Of a DNA stretch of 47,435 bases, positions 9,027 through 17,928 are shown piece after piece. Source of the stretch: Aquificota bacterium (GTDB lineage Bacteria > Aquificota > Aquificia > Aquificales > QOAS01); assembly GCA_013154305.1 (NCBI GenBank), contig JAADCT010000035.1, positions 1 through 47,435 on the forward strand, given 5' to 3'. The first letter of the stretch is position 1. The number at the start of each line of letters is the position of its first letter. The translations under genes were made by a program, and so were the position numbers. The notes under the pieces are model-generated. The model ran no database searches. It was not told the DNA's origin and saw only the letters and a list, made by a program, of their open reading frames with translations.

Positions 9027-9962
9027 TTAAATTTTTCCCTCCTCCCTCAGGAGTTTTACGTATTCCTCGACGCCCCTTTCGAGGGGCCACTCCGGTTCGT
9101 AACCCAAGAGGGTTTTCGAACGCGTTAGGTCCGCCTCGGTGTAGTTCTGGTAAAAGGGATAAGGGTTGTCGATGTATTCGGGCTCGAAGTCGGTTCCGAG
9201 AACGCGGTTTAGAATTTCCACCAATTCGTTGAAGCTGCGGCCTTTTCCGAAACCGACGTTGAAGATGCCCCTCACCTCCCTTTCGAAGGCGAGGAGGTTG
9301 GCCTTTACGACGTCCTTAACGTAGACGAAGTCCCGCCGCTGCTCTCCCCACTTAAAGAGGCGGGGCCTCTCGCCGCGGGCCATTTTAACGGCCAGCTGAT
9401 AGACCATGCTGGCAAAACGCCCTTTGTGGGCCTCCCCGGGCCCGTAGACGTTGAAGTAGCGCAGGCCGACTATTTGCGCCCGCGGAAACCTCCTGAGGTA
9501 GACCTCCGCCGTCCGGTCCATCATCAGTTTGGAAAAACCGTAGACGTTTTCCGGTTTGAGGCATCCGTCCTCGCGCATGGGAGCCGGGCAATTGCCGTAA
9601 ACGGCCGCCGAAGAGGCGTAAATTACCTTTGCCCCCCACCTCTTTACGGCAACTTCCAGCAGGTACTTAAAGGCGAGGGTGTTTACCTCCGTCATTCTCC
9701 TTTGGTCGGTAACGGTGGTGTCGGTTATCGCCGCCTGGTGAAAGACGGCGTCGAACTCGTAAAGGTCGGCGAGGTATTCCCAAAACCGACGGTCGGAAAC
9801 GTCCCCGGTTACGAGCTCCCCTTTAAAGTCGAGCAGGTTTTCAAAGGAAGCGCTGGAAAAGTCGTCGACGGCGACGATTTCGGCTTCGGGATAGCGGTTT
9901 TGGAGGGCTTTTACGAGGTTGGAGCCGATAAAACCGGCGGCCCCGGTAACCAGTATGCGCAT
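9027..9962 (-). CDS. rfaD: ADP-L-glycero-D-manno-heptose 6-epimerase
   Basis: TGAAGFIGSN, YASSAAVYG, YGFSK and RYFNVYGPGEAHKG motifs. Confidence 0.9.
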   Translation of the reverse strand: MRILVTGAAGFIGSNLVKALQNRYPEAEIVAVDDFSSASFENLLDFKGELVTGDVSDRRFWEYLADLYEFDAVFHQAAITDTTVTDQRRMTEVNTLAFKYLLEVAVKRWGAKVIYASSAAVYGNCPAPMREDGCLKPENVYGFSKLMMDRTAEVYLRRFPRAQIVGLRYFNVYGPGEAHKGRFASMVYQLAVKMARGERPRLFKWGEQRRDFVYVKDVVKANLLAFEREVRGIFNVGFGKGRSFNELVEILNRVLGTDFEPEYIDNPYPFYQNYTEADLTRSKTLLGYEPEWPLERGVEEYVKLLREEGKI

Positions 9963-10014
9963 AGTCGGCAAATTTTAAAATAGAGGTAAACCCCCCAAGG
10001 GGAGGCTTTTTTCT

Positions 10015-11121
10015 ATGTCCGTGGACGTTTACATAACCAACATCCTCGAAGAGGCGGTAAAGCAGGGGGCCTCCGACGTTCACATTACGGTCGGTTCGCC
10101 GCCGCGCATCCGCGTTGACGGTCAAATCAAACCCCTCGAGCAATTTCCCGTCGTTACCCCCGACATGTCCAAAAAGCTGATATTCGAAATAATGCGCGAG
10201 CGCTACCGCAAAACGCTGGAGGAAGAGGGGCAGGTCGACTTTTCCTTCGGCGTTCCCGGCATCGGTCGCTTTCGCGTAAACGCCTTCTATCAGCGCGGAA
10301 CGGTGGCCGGCGTCTTTCGGAGTCTTCCCGCCCGCATTCCCCACTACAAGGAACTGGGCCTTCCCGACCGAATAATAGACCTCTGCCACAAGTCGATGGG
10401 TCTGGTTTTGGTGACCGGACCGACCGGAAGCGGTAAGTCGACCACTTTGGCGGCGATGATAGACTACATTCTCGAAAACTTTCCCCACCACGTTCTGACG
10501 ATTGAGGACCCGATTGAGTACCTCTTCAAGCACAAAAAGGGCATCGTCAACCAGAGGGAAATAGGAACCGACGCGGCCAACTTCAACGACGCCCTGCGGG
10601 CGGCCCTGAGGGAGGACCCCGACGTCATCATGGTCGGTGAGATGCGCGACGCCGAGACCATAGAAACGGCCCTGCGGGCCGCCGAAACCGGTCACCTCGT
10701 TTTCGGAACCCTTCACACCAACACCGCCATATCGACCATAAACCGTATAGTCGACGTCTTTCCCCCCGAAAGGCAGGAGCAGATAAGAATTCAGCTTTCC
10801 TTTACCCTCGCCGGCGTAATTTCCCAGAGGCTCGTACCCAAAGTAGGGGGCGGAAGGGTTTTGGCCTACGAACTTTTAATACCCAACAAGGCCATTCGAA
10901 ACCTGATTAGGGAAAACAAACTCCAGCAGGTTTACGCCCTGATGCAAAGCGGCCAGGCCCAAACGGGCATGCAGACCATGAACCAGTCGCTGGCCAAGCT
11001 CTACAAAGAGGGCCTAATTACCCTCGAGGACGCCGTCCGCTACTCGCCCGACCCGGTCGAGCTGGCAAAACTTCTGGGCGTTCCCTACTCGCAGATTGCC
11101 CACCTGGCGGAGGAGGTTTAA
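10015..11121 (+). CDS. pilT: Type IV pilus retraction ATPase PilT
   Basis: GPTGSGKSTT, TIEDPIE, LREDPD, GHLVFGTLH and AIRNLIRE signature. Confidence 0.96.
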   Translation: MSVDVYITNILEEAVKQGASDVHITVGSPPRIRVDGQIKPLEQFPVVTPDMSKKLIFEIMRERYRKTLEEEGQVDFSFGVPGIGRFRVNAFYQRGTVAGVFRSLPARIPHYKELGLPDRIIDLCHKSMGLVLVTGPTGSGKSTTLAAMIDYILENFPHHVLTIEDPIEYLFKHKKGIVNQREIGTDAANFNDALRAALREDPDVIMVGEMRDAETIETALRAAETGHLVFGTLHTNTAISTINRIVDVFPPERQEQIRIQLSFTLAGVISQRLVPKVGGGRVLAYELLIPNKAIRNLIRENKLQQVYALMQSGQAQTGMQTMNQSLAKLYKEGLITLEDAVRYSPDPVELAKLLGVPYSQIAHLAEEV

Positions 11122-11124
11122 AGG

Positions 11125-12372
11125 ATGCCGCTTTTTGAATACGAGGCCGTCGACGCCTCCGGAAAGCGCTACCGCGAGAGGATTGAAGCCGCCTCGCCGG
11201 TCGAGGTGGTGGCCAAACTCCGCGAGCTGAACCTGGTAGCCCTCGACGTTCGGCCCGTCCGCGCCCCCAAGGAGGAAAAAACCCAAAAAGGTCAGAGGCG
11301 AAGCATCTGGCAAATGGAGATTACCATCGGTAAAGGGGTCTCCTCCAAGGACCTTTCGGTGGTGGCCAAACAGCTGGGGGCGCTGGTTCAATCGGGAATA
11401 GGTATTGTCGACGCGCTGGAGCTCGTGGCCGATTCCATCGACAACCGCATTCTAAAGCGGGAGCTGGCGGCCATAGCGCAGGAAATCCGCGAGGGCGTTT
11501 CCCTCTCCAAAGCCCTCGAGCGGCGGAAAAAGATTTTCGGCGACTTTTTCGTCAGCATGGTTCAGGTGGGGGAGGAAACCGGTCAGCTCGACGTGGTCCT
11601 TTACAAGGTTTCCGACTACTACAAGCGCATCAGCGAAATCGTAAACAAAATAAAGTCGGCCTCCTTCTATCCCGCCTTCGTTTCGATAACGGCCGCCGTT
11701 ATCACCTTTGCAATCCTCTACTTTCTGGTGCCCACCTTCGCCCAGATTTACCGCTCCCTCGGCGGCGAATTGCCCGCCATGACGCAAATGCTGATTAAGG
11801 CCTCCAACTGGCTTCAGGAAAACGTTCTCTACTTTCTGGGCGGAACTTTGGCCTTCGCCGTCTTGTTTACCCTGCTATACAAAAAGGTTTACCCCTTCAA
11901 AAGGGCGGTCCACTACCTTCAGCTCAAACTTCCGCTTTTTGGGCCCCTCTTTGCGAAAGGTGCGCTGGCAAAGCTTTCGAGGACGTTTGCAACGCTCTTT
12001 GCCGCCGGCGTTTCGGTCGAAAGGGCCCTCGAACTTTCGGGTAAGGTGGCCGGAAACGCCATTTACGAAGAGGCTCTAAAGCGCGTCAAGGAGGACGTGG
12101 TCCACGGTGAGCCCCTTTGGCGGGCCTTCGAAAAGACCAAGCGTTTTCCCAAGATGTTCGTGGCGATGGTGAAAATCGGCGAGGAGACCGGTCAGCTCGA
12201 CAGCATGCTCGAGTCGCTGGCCGACTTTTACGAGGACGAGGTGAGGACCACCATCGACGGTCTCATATCGATGATAGAACCCCTGATGATGGTCGTTATA
12301 GGCGCCGTCGTCGGTCTCATTCTGATAGCGCTTTACCTGCCCATATTCAAAATGGGAGAGCTCATCCGTTGA
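11125..12372 (+). CDS. pilC: Type IV pilus platform protein PilC (GspF family)
   Basis: Two GEETGQLD repeats, EP-ALYLPIF C-terminus, three TM segments. Confidence 0.93.
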   Translation: MPLFEYEAVDASGKRYRERIEAASPVEVVAKLRELNLVALDVRPVRAPKEEKTQKGQRRSIWQMEITIGKGVSSKDLSVVAKQLGALVQSGIGIVDALELVADSIDNRILKRELAAIAQEIREGVSLSKALERRKKIFGDFFVSMVQVGEETGQLDVVLYKVSDYYKRISEIVNKIKSASFYPAFVSITAAVITFAILYFLVPTFAQIYRSLGGELPAMTQMLIKASNWLQENVLYFLGGTLAFAVLFTLLYKKVYPFKRAVHYLQLKLPLFGPLFAKGALAKLSRTFATLFAAGVSVERALELSGKVAGNAIYEEALKRVKEDVVHGEPLWRAFEKTKRFPKMFVAMVKIGEETGQLDSMLESLADFYEDEVRTTIDGLISMIEPLMMVVIGAVVGLILIALYLPIFKMGELIR

Positions 12373-12409
12373 GCCTTTCCTCCCCTTACCGCTTTTAATA
12401 AGAACTTCT

Positions 12410-13438
12410 ATGAAGCGCTTTTGGTATTGGGCCGAACCCTTCGACAAAAAGGCGGTCACCACCGCCATAGAGAGCGGGGCCGACGCCGTGGTGGTTCCCT
12501 CCGCCGAACGCGTGAAGGAAGTAAAAAAGCTGGCAAAAGTGGAGGTCGTGGCGCCTTCCCCCGAGGCGGACAAAAGGCTCTGCTTTCCCCAAAAGGGGGA
12601 AAGCGTTTCCGACTGCGACGTTGCTTTCGTCAAAATAGAGGGTAAGGAGGACGAGGAGCTGGCGGCCAAGCTCCCCGTTCCGGTAATAGTGGAAACCACC
12701 GACTGGACCGTTATTCCGCTGGAAAACATACTGGCCCAAAAGAGGGACGTTTACATGGTCGTCAGGAACGCCGAGGAGGCCCAAACGGCCCTGACGACCC
12801 TCGAGGTGGGGGCCGCCGGAGTGGTTTTAAAAACCACCAACCTGAACGAGATAAAGCGGGTCGGTTCCGCCGTAAAGGAGTATTCGGAAAAGCTTCCGCT
12901 GGTGGAGGTCGAAATTACCAAAATCCTCCCCCTGGGGCTCGGCGACCGCGTTTGCGTCGACACGACGTCGCTCCTCAGGCGCGGGGAGGGGATGCTGGTC
13001 GGAAACTCCTCGGCCGGCATGTTTTTGGTCCACGCCGAAACGGAGGAAAACCCCTACGTGGCGGCCCGCCCCTTCAGGGTCAACGCCGGGGCCGTCCACA
13101 TGTACGTCCGCGTTCCGGAAAACAAAACGAAATACCTGTGCGAGGTGGAGGCCGGAATTCCCGTAATGGTTTACAACTACAAAGGTGAAGGGCGGCTGGT
13201 TTACGTAGGCCGCGCCAAGGTCGAGCGCCGCCCCATGCTACTGATTGAGGGAAAAACCAAAGAGGGTAAAAAGGTCAGCGCCGTCCTCCAAAACGCGGAA
13301 ACCATAAGGCTTACCAAACCCGACGGCGAACCGATTTCGGTCGTCGACCTCAAGCCGGGGGACAAGGTCCTCGGCTACGTCGAGGAGGCCGGTCGCCACT
13401 TCGGAATGAAAGTTAAGGAAACTATTATCGAAAAGTGA
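12410..13438 (+). CDS. 3-dehydroquinate synthase II (archaeal-type AroB')
   Basis: DWTVIPLEN, GDRVCVD, RPFRVNAGAVH, LQNAETIRL and GRHFG motifs. Confidence 0.93.
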   Translation: MKRFWYWAEPFDKKAVTTAIESGADAVVVPSAERVKEVKKLAKVEVVAPSPEADKRLCFPQKGESVSDCDVAFVKIEGKEDEELAAKLPVPVIVETTDWTVIPLENILAQKRDVYMVVRNAEEAQTALTTLEVGAAGVVLKTTNLNEIKRVGSAVKEYSEKLPLVEVEITKILPLGLGDRVCVDTTSLLRRGEGMLVGNSSAGMFLVHAETEENPYVAARPFRVNAGAVHMYVRVPENKTKYLCEVEAGIPVMVYNYKGEGRLVYVGRAKVERRPMLLIEGKTKEGKKVSAVLQNAETIRLTKPDGEPISVVDLKPGDKVLGYVEEAGRHFGMKVKETIIEK

Positions 13439-13455
13439 ATTAAAGGGGGGAAAGT

Positions 13456-14742
13456 TCAAACCCCCACCGGTTCCTCCTTTCCGACTACCTCTTCGGGGTG
13501 GGCAATCCTTCCCAAAACGGCCGAGGCGGCGGCGACGGCCGGCGAGGCGAGGTAAACCTCCGCCGTCACGTGTCCCATCCTCCCGGGAAAGTTTCTGTTG
13601 GAGGTGGAAACGGCCCTTTCGCCGGGGGCCAGAATGCCCATGTGGCCGCCGAGGCAGGGTCCGCAGGTGCAGGGTCCTATTACGCAGCCCGCGTCTATCA
13701 GCGTTTGAATTATGCCCTCCTCGAGGGCCTTTTTGTACACGCCCGGCGTGGCCGGGATAACTATACAGCGGACGTAGGGGTGGACCTTTCGCCCTTTGAG
13801 GATTTCGGCGGCGATTTTTAGGTCCTCGAACTTTCCGTTGGTGCACGAGCCTATAAAGACCTGGTCTATCGTTATGTCGGTCGACTCCCAAACGCTCTTT
13901 ACGTTGTCGGGCGAAAAGGGATGGGCCACCACGGGTTCGAGGTCGCTGACGTCCCACTCGTAGACCGAGTGGTATTCGGCGTCGGGGTCCGAGTAGTAGA
14001 GCTCGAAGGGGGCGTCGGTCCTCTCCTTTACGTAGGCGACCGTCTTTTCGTCGGGGGCGATTATGCCGGCCTTTCCGCCCGCCTCTATGGCCATGTTGGC
14101 CATGGTCAGCCGGCTTTCGACCGAAAGGTTGCGGATAACCTCTCCGTCGAATTCCATAACGCGGTAGAGGGCCCCGTCGACGCCGATTTGGCCTATCGTG
14201 TAGAGAATGAGGTCCTTGGCGGTGGTCCAGCGTTTCAACCTTCCCCTGTAGACGAACTTCATGGTTTCGGGAACCTTTAGCCAGACCTCGCCGGTTGCCA
14301 TGGCAAAGGCGATGTCGGTCGAACCCATGCCGGTTGAAAAGGCGCCAAGGGCCCCGTAGGTGCAGGTGTGGCTGTCGGCGCCCACGACGAGCATTCCCGG
14401 CCTTACCAGCCCCTTTTCGGGGAGGAGGGTGTGCTCGATACCGACCTCTCCGCCCTCGTAGTAGTGCTTTATGCCGTGCTTTCTCGCAAACTCGCGGACG
14501 TACTTGACCTGGGTGGCCGCCTTTATGTCCTTGGGAGGGGTAAAGTGGTCCATTACGAGGGCTATCTTTTCGGGGTCAAACACCTTGTCGATGCCGTGCT
14601 CCTCGAGAACCTTTATGGCCAGGGGGGCGGTAATGTCGTTGGCCAAAACGAGGTCGACCTTTGCCATTACCATGTCGCCGGGAAAGACCTCCTTCTTTCC
14701 CGCGTGGGCCGCTATTATCTTCTCCGCTATGGTGTGTCCCAT
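13456..14742 (-). CDS. leuC: 3-isopropylmalate dehydratase large subunit (aconitase family)
   Basis: GADSHTCT, IGSCTN, CGPCLG and SNRNFPGRMG motifs; start at ATG 14742 after SD GGAGG. Confidence 0.92.
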   Translation of the reverse strand: MGHTIAEKIIAAHAGKKEVFPGDMVMAKVDLVLANDITAPLAIKVLEEHGIDKVFDPEKIALVMDHFTPPKDIKAATQVKYVREFARKHGIKHYYEGGEVGIEHTLLPEKGLVRPGMLVVGADSHTCTYGALGAFSTGMGSTDIAFAMATGEVWLKVPETMKFVYRGRLKRWTTAKDLILYTIGQIGVDGALYRVMEFDGEVIRNLSVESRLTMANMAIEAGGKAGIIAPDEKTVAYVKERTDAPFELYYSDPDAEYHSVYEWDVSDLEPVVAHPFSPDNVKSVWESTDITIDQVFIGSCTNGKFEDLKIAAEILKGRKVHPYVRCIVIPATPGVYKKALEEGIIQTLIDAGCVIGPCTCGPCLGGHMGILAPGERAVSTSNRNFPGRMGHVTAEVYLASPAVAAASAVLGRIAHPEEVVGKEEPVGV

Positions 14743-14870
14743 TTTTTTCCTCCGAAGGGATTTAAAGTTTGAGGGCACTTTTAAAGTTTAACGATAACCG
14801 CAGGCGGAAAGGGGCCTATCTGAGTAGAACCACTTTCGGGACCCGCCTTTGCGGTTATAACTACCTACTT

Positions 14871-15113
14871 ATGTTCAAGATAGAGTTTGCTACCTTCCCC
14901 GAGTGGGACATGTCGAGGTGGCTGCGCTTTATCGCCGGCTCGGTTCTTTTGCTGGTTACGGCGGTGGGCGTTTTGCCGGCCGACTGCGTCCACTGGCTCG
15001 TAAAGGCCTTTTTGCTGTTTATGGCGGTGAACCAAATTCAGTCGGCCTTTACAAACTGGTGTCCGGTCATGGACCTTCTCAGGGCGATGAAGGTAAAAGA
15101 GTGCAAGTGCTGA
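14871..15113 (+). CDS. DUF2892/YgaP-like small membrane protein
   Basis: R-x-x-R-F-I-A-G, two TM helices, QSAFTNWCP motif. Confidence 0.8.
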   Translation: MFKIEFATFPEWDMSRWLRFIAGSVLLLVTAVGVLPADCVHWLVKAFLLFMAVNQIQSAFTNWCPVMDLLRAMKVKECKC

Positions 15114-15135
15114 GACCTTTCGGGGGGCTTTTCAA

Positions 15136-15765
15136 TTGGAAAAACTCATAAAGTCGTGGGAAAACCTCCCCCTCCCTCCGGAGGAGCTGGAGAGGAAGAG
15201 GGAGAAACTCCGAAGGCTTTTTGAGGAGGTTTTGACCGTTTTGGGGTACGACTGGAAAAACGACCCCAACATGGTCGACACCCCCCGCCGAATGGCGGGC
15301 ATGCTTTTGGAACTGGTCGAGGGAAACTTTTCGCCGATGCCGCCGATAACGACCTTCGACCTTTCGGCGATGGACGGCGCCCCGGTGCCCGTTCCCGTCT
15401 TCGTCGGACCTATAGAGATAAAGTCGCTCTGCTCCCATCACTTTCTGCCCGTGGTGGGCCGCGTTTACTTCGAATACCTGCCTTCGGAAAGGGTGTTGGG
15501 TCTTTCCAAAATTCCGCGGGTTATAAAGTGGCTGGCGCGCCGTCCGATGATACAGGAGCTTTTTACGCGGCAGGTGATAAAAACTTTTAAGGAGCTCCTT
15601 CCGGAGACGAAGGGCATGGCCGTTTACGTAAAGGCGAAGCACATGTGCATGACCGTCCGGGGCGTCAACGAGTCGGGCGCCTACATGGTGACCGAGGCCT
15701 TCGACGGCCTCTACGAAAAGGACGAAAACCTGCGGGCCAACTTCCTCAGGAAAGTCGGAGAATGA
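15136..15765 (+). CDS. folE: GTP cyclohydrolase I
   Basis: DTPRRMA, SLCSHH, GLSKIPR, IQE and HMCMTVRGV motifs. Confidence 0.92.
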   Translation: MEKLIKSWENLPLPPEELERKREKLRRLFEEVLTVLGYDWKNDPNMVDTPRRMAGMLLELVEGNFSPMPPITTFDLSAMDGAPVPVPVFVGPIEIKSLCSHHFLPVVGRVYFEYLPSERVLGLSKIPRVIKWLARRPMIQELFTRQVIKTFKELLPETKGMAVYVKAKHMCMTVRGVNESGAYMVTEAFDGLYEKDENLRANFLRKVGE

Positions 15766-15965
15766 GCCTTTACGAGAAGCTGAACTTTGCCGCCTTTTTC
15801 TTTATGGCGTTGCTTTTTCTCTTCGTCTACTTTTTGACGGTTCAAATAGCGTTCAAGGCGGGGCTTTACCGGACCGTTCGCAGGATTTTCCAAAGCAGGG
15901 TCGAGTTTTGGAACCGCCGCGACGCGCTGAGGTACTTTCGCCGCTTCGGAAACCGCGGCAAATAG
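15762..15965 (+). CDS. Small hypothetical membrane protein (67 aa)
   Basis: ATGA overlap with folE stop, SD GGAG, one TM helix plus basic tail. Confidence 0.55.
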   Translation: MSLYEKLNFAAFFFMALLFLFVYFLTVQIAFKAGLYRTVRRIFQSRVEFWNRRDALRYFRRFGNRGK

Positions 15966-16029
15966 CCGTTTGGTCTTTTTCACCCTTTGTGGAATAATAA
16001 CCCATTTCGTTTTTTGGCGGTTTGGGGCC

Positions 16030-16965
16030 ATGGGAACCAGAATTGAGGGTTTGGGCGTTTACCTCCCTTCCGAGGTCCTGACCAACTTCGACCTCGAAAA
16101 GATGGTCGACACCTCCGACGAGTGGATAACCCAAAGGACGGGTATAAAGGAGCGCCGCATCGCCAGGAGCGAGAGCGTGGTCGACATGGCGACGGCGGCG
16201 GCCGAGGAGGCCATCAGAAACGCCGGCGTAAACAAGGAGGAGATAGAGCTGGTGGTTTTGGCCACTTTGAGCCCGGAGCTGGGTTTTCCCGCCACCGCCT
16301 GTTTGGTGCAGGAGCGGCTCGGTCTGCCCCCCTCGGCCATGGCCTTCGACGTTTCGGCCGCCTGCAGCGGCTTTTTGTACGCCCTCGACGTTGCCGACGC
16401 CTACTTAAAGAGCGGAAAAAAGAAACTGGCCCTGATAATAGGGGCCGAAAAGCTTTCCTCGATAGTCGACTGGAGCGACCGCTCGACGTGCGTGCTCTTT
16501 GGCGACGGGGCCGGGGCGGCCGTCGTGCGCTTTGACGAAAACTCCGAAAGCGACGTTTTGGCCTCCAAACTCTACGCCAAAGGGAGCGAGTGGAGGGCCC
16601 TCTACCGGGAAAACTGCGGATACCTCAAAATGGAAGGCCGGAAGGTCTTTAAGGAGGCGGTAAACGGCATGGCCCAGGCTTCGCTGGAGGCGCTCAGGGA
16701 GGCGGGCCTGCGGCCGGAGGACGTCGACCTGGTGGTTCCCCATCAGGCCAACCTGCGCATTATTAAGGCGGTGGCCGAAAGGCTCGGCATTCCGATGGAA
16801 AAAGTTTTCGTAAACGTCGACCGCTACGGAAACACCTCCGCCGCCTCGATACCGATAGCGCTCTACGAGGCCCTTAAGGAGGGGAAACTGAGGAGGGGAA
16901 TGACGGTTCTCCTGACGGCCATGGGCGGCGGCTTGACTTGGGGCGCAATGGTTTTGCGCTACTAG
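16030..16965 (+). CDS. fabH: 3-oxoacyl-ACP synthase III
   Basis: DTSDEWI, AACSGF, PHQAN and YGNTSAAS (Cys-His-Asn triad). Confidence 0.95.
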   Translation: MGTRIEGLGVYLPSEVLTNFDLEKMVDTSDEWITQRTGIKERRIARSESVVDMATAAAEEAIRNAGVNKEEIELVVLATLSPELGFPATACLVQERLGLPPSAMAFDVSAACSGFLYALDVADAYLKSGKKKLALIIGAEKLSSIVDWSDRSTCVLFGDGAGAAVVRFDENSESDVLASKLYAKGSEWRALYRENCGYLKMEGRKVFKEAVNGMAQASLEALREAGLRPEDVDLVVPHQANLRIIKAVAERLGIPMEKVFVNVDRYGNTSAASIPIALYEALKEGKLRRGMTVLLTAMGGGLTWGAMVLRY

Positions 16966-17831
16966 TCGGTCCGGTGGACTTGGCGGGCGAGTTCGGCGTC
17001 GGCGGCGATTTGCTCGACGAGGTCCTCCGCCGTCTTAAAGACCCTTTCCTCCCTTAAAAAGCGCTTGAAGACTATCCTCGGCCGGTCGGAAACTTCAAAG
17101 GGCGTCTCGAGAACGTGGACCTCCAGCGTTCGTCGCTCCCCTTTTAGGGTGGGTGCGGTTCCGAGGTTGGCCACCGCCGGCAGACCGTCGATGCTAACGG
17201 CGTAAACGCCGTCGGGCAGGCAAAGTCCTTCCACCCGGCCGAAGTTGATGGTGGGAAAGCCGAGGCGTCTTCCGAGACCTTTACCTTTTACGGGTTTCCT
17301 CCTAATCCAGTAGGGGCGGCCGAGGTAGAGCGAGGCCTCCTTCAGTCGGGCCCGCCGCAGAAGGTCCCTTACGAGGGAGGAAGATACCGTCTTTCCCCCG
17401 ACGCGGTAGGGTCCGACGCGGACGACCTCGCACCCGAAGCTTTGGCAAAACTCCTTTGCGAGGTTGAAGTCGCCGGCCGCGTTTTTGCCAAAGCGCCAGT
17501 CGTAGCCCAAGACCAGCAGCCGGGCCCCGAGGCGCCGGAGCAGGTATTCCTTTAAAAATTCCTCCGGCCGAAGGCCGGCAAACTCCTCGGTAAAGGGTAA
17601 AACGACCGGTTCCACTCCGAGACTTTTTAAGACTTCGGCCTTTTCCTCGGCCGTCGACAGGCGACAAAAGCGGCGGTCGGGGGGACGCAAAACCTCCGCC
17701 GGGTGGGGGTCGAAGGTGACGACCACCGGCTTTAGGTTCCTCCTTCGGGCCTCCTCCTTAAGGCGGGAAAGGAGGTGAACGTGGCCGAGGTGAACGCCGT
17801 CGAAGTTTCCGACGGTAACGGCGGTTTCCAT
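16962..17831 (-). CDS. ribF: Bifunctional riboflavin kinase/FAD synthetase
   Basis: GNFDGVHLGH, SSSLVR, GRRLGFPT and LEVH motifs. Confidence 0.93.
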   Translation of the reverse strand: METAVTVGNFDGVHLGHVHLLSRLKEEARRRNLKPVVVTFDPHPAEVLRPPDRRFCRLSTAEEKAEVLKSLGVEPVVLPFTEEFAGLRPEEFLKEYLLRRLGARLLVLGYDWRFGKNAAGDFNLAKEFCQSFGCEVVRVGPYRVGGKTVSSSLVRDLLRRARLKEASLYLGRPYWIRRKPVKGKGLGRRLGFPTINFGRVEGLCLPDGVYAVSIDGLPAVANLGTAPTLKGERRTLEVHVLETPFEVSDRPRIVFKRFLREERVFKTAEDLVEQIAADAELARQVHRTD

Positions 17832-17928
17832 TTCCTACGAAAGGTAGTTAATAGTAAGGGTTTGGGGCCGCTTGCGGTTTAGGTCCGTTCCGTCCCCCCG
17901 GCGGGAAAACTAATTTATTGTCCGACCG

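Noticed and set aside
9991-10012. CCCCCC-AA-GGGGAGG hairpin over the pilT SD, followed by a T run (attenuator or thermometer?)
   Set aside because: Stem is too short and homopolymeric to support a regulatory call
15136-15765. FolE has CSHH instead of CEHH
   Set aside because: CSHH is a known variant in bacterial FolE; Zn ligands are intact
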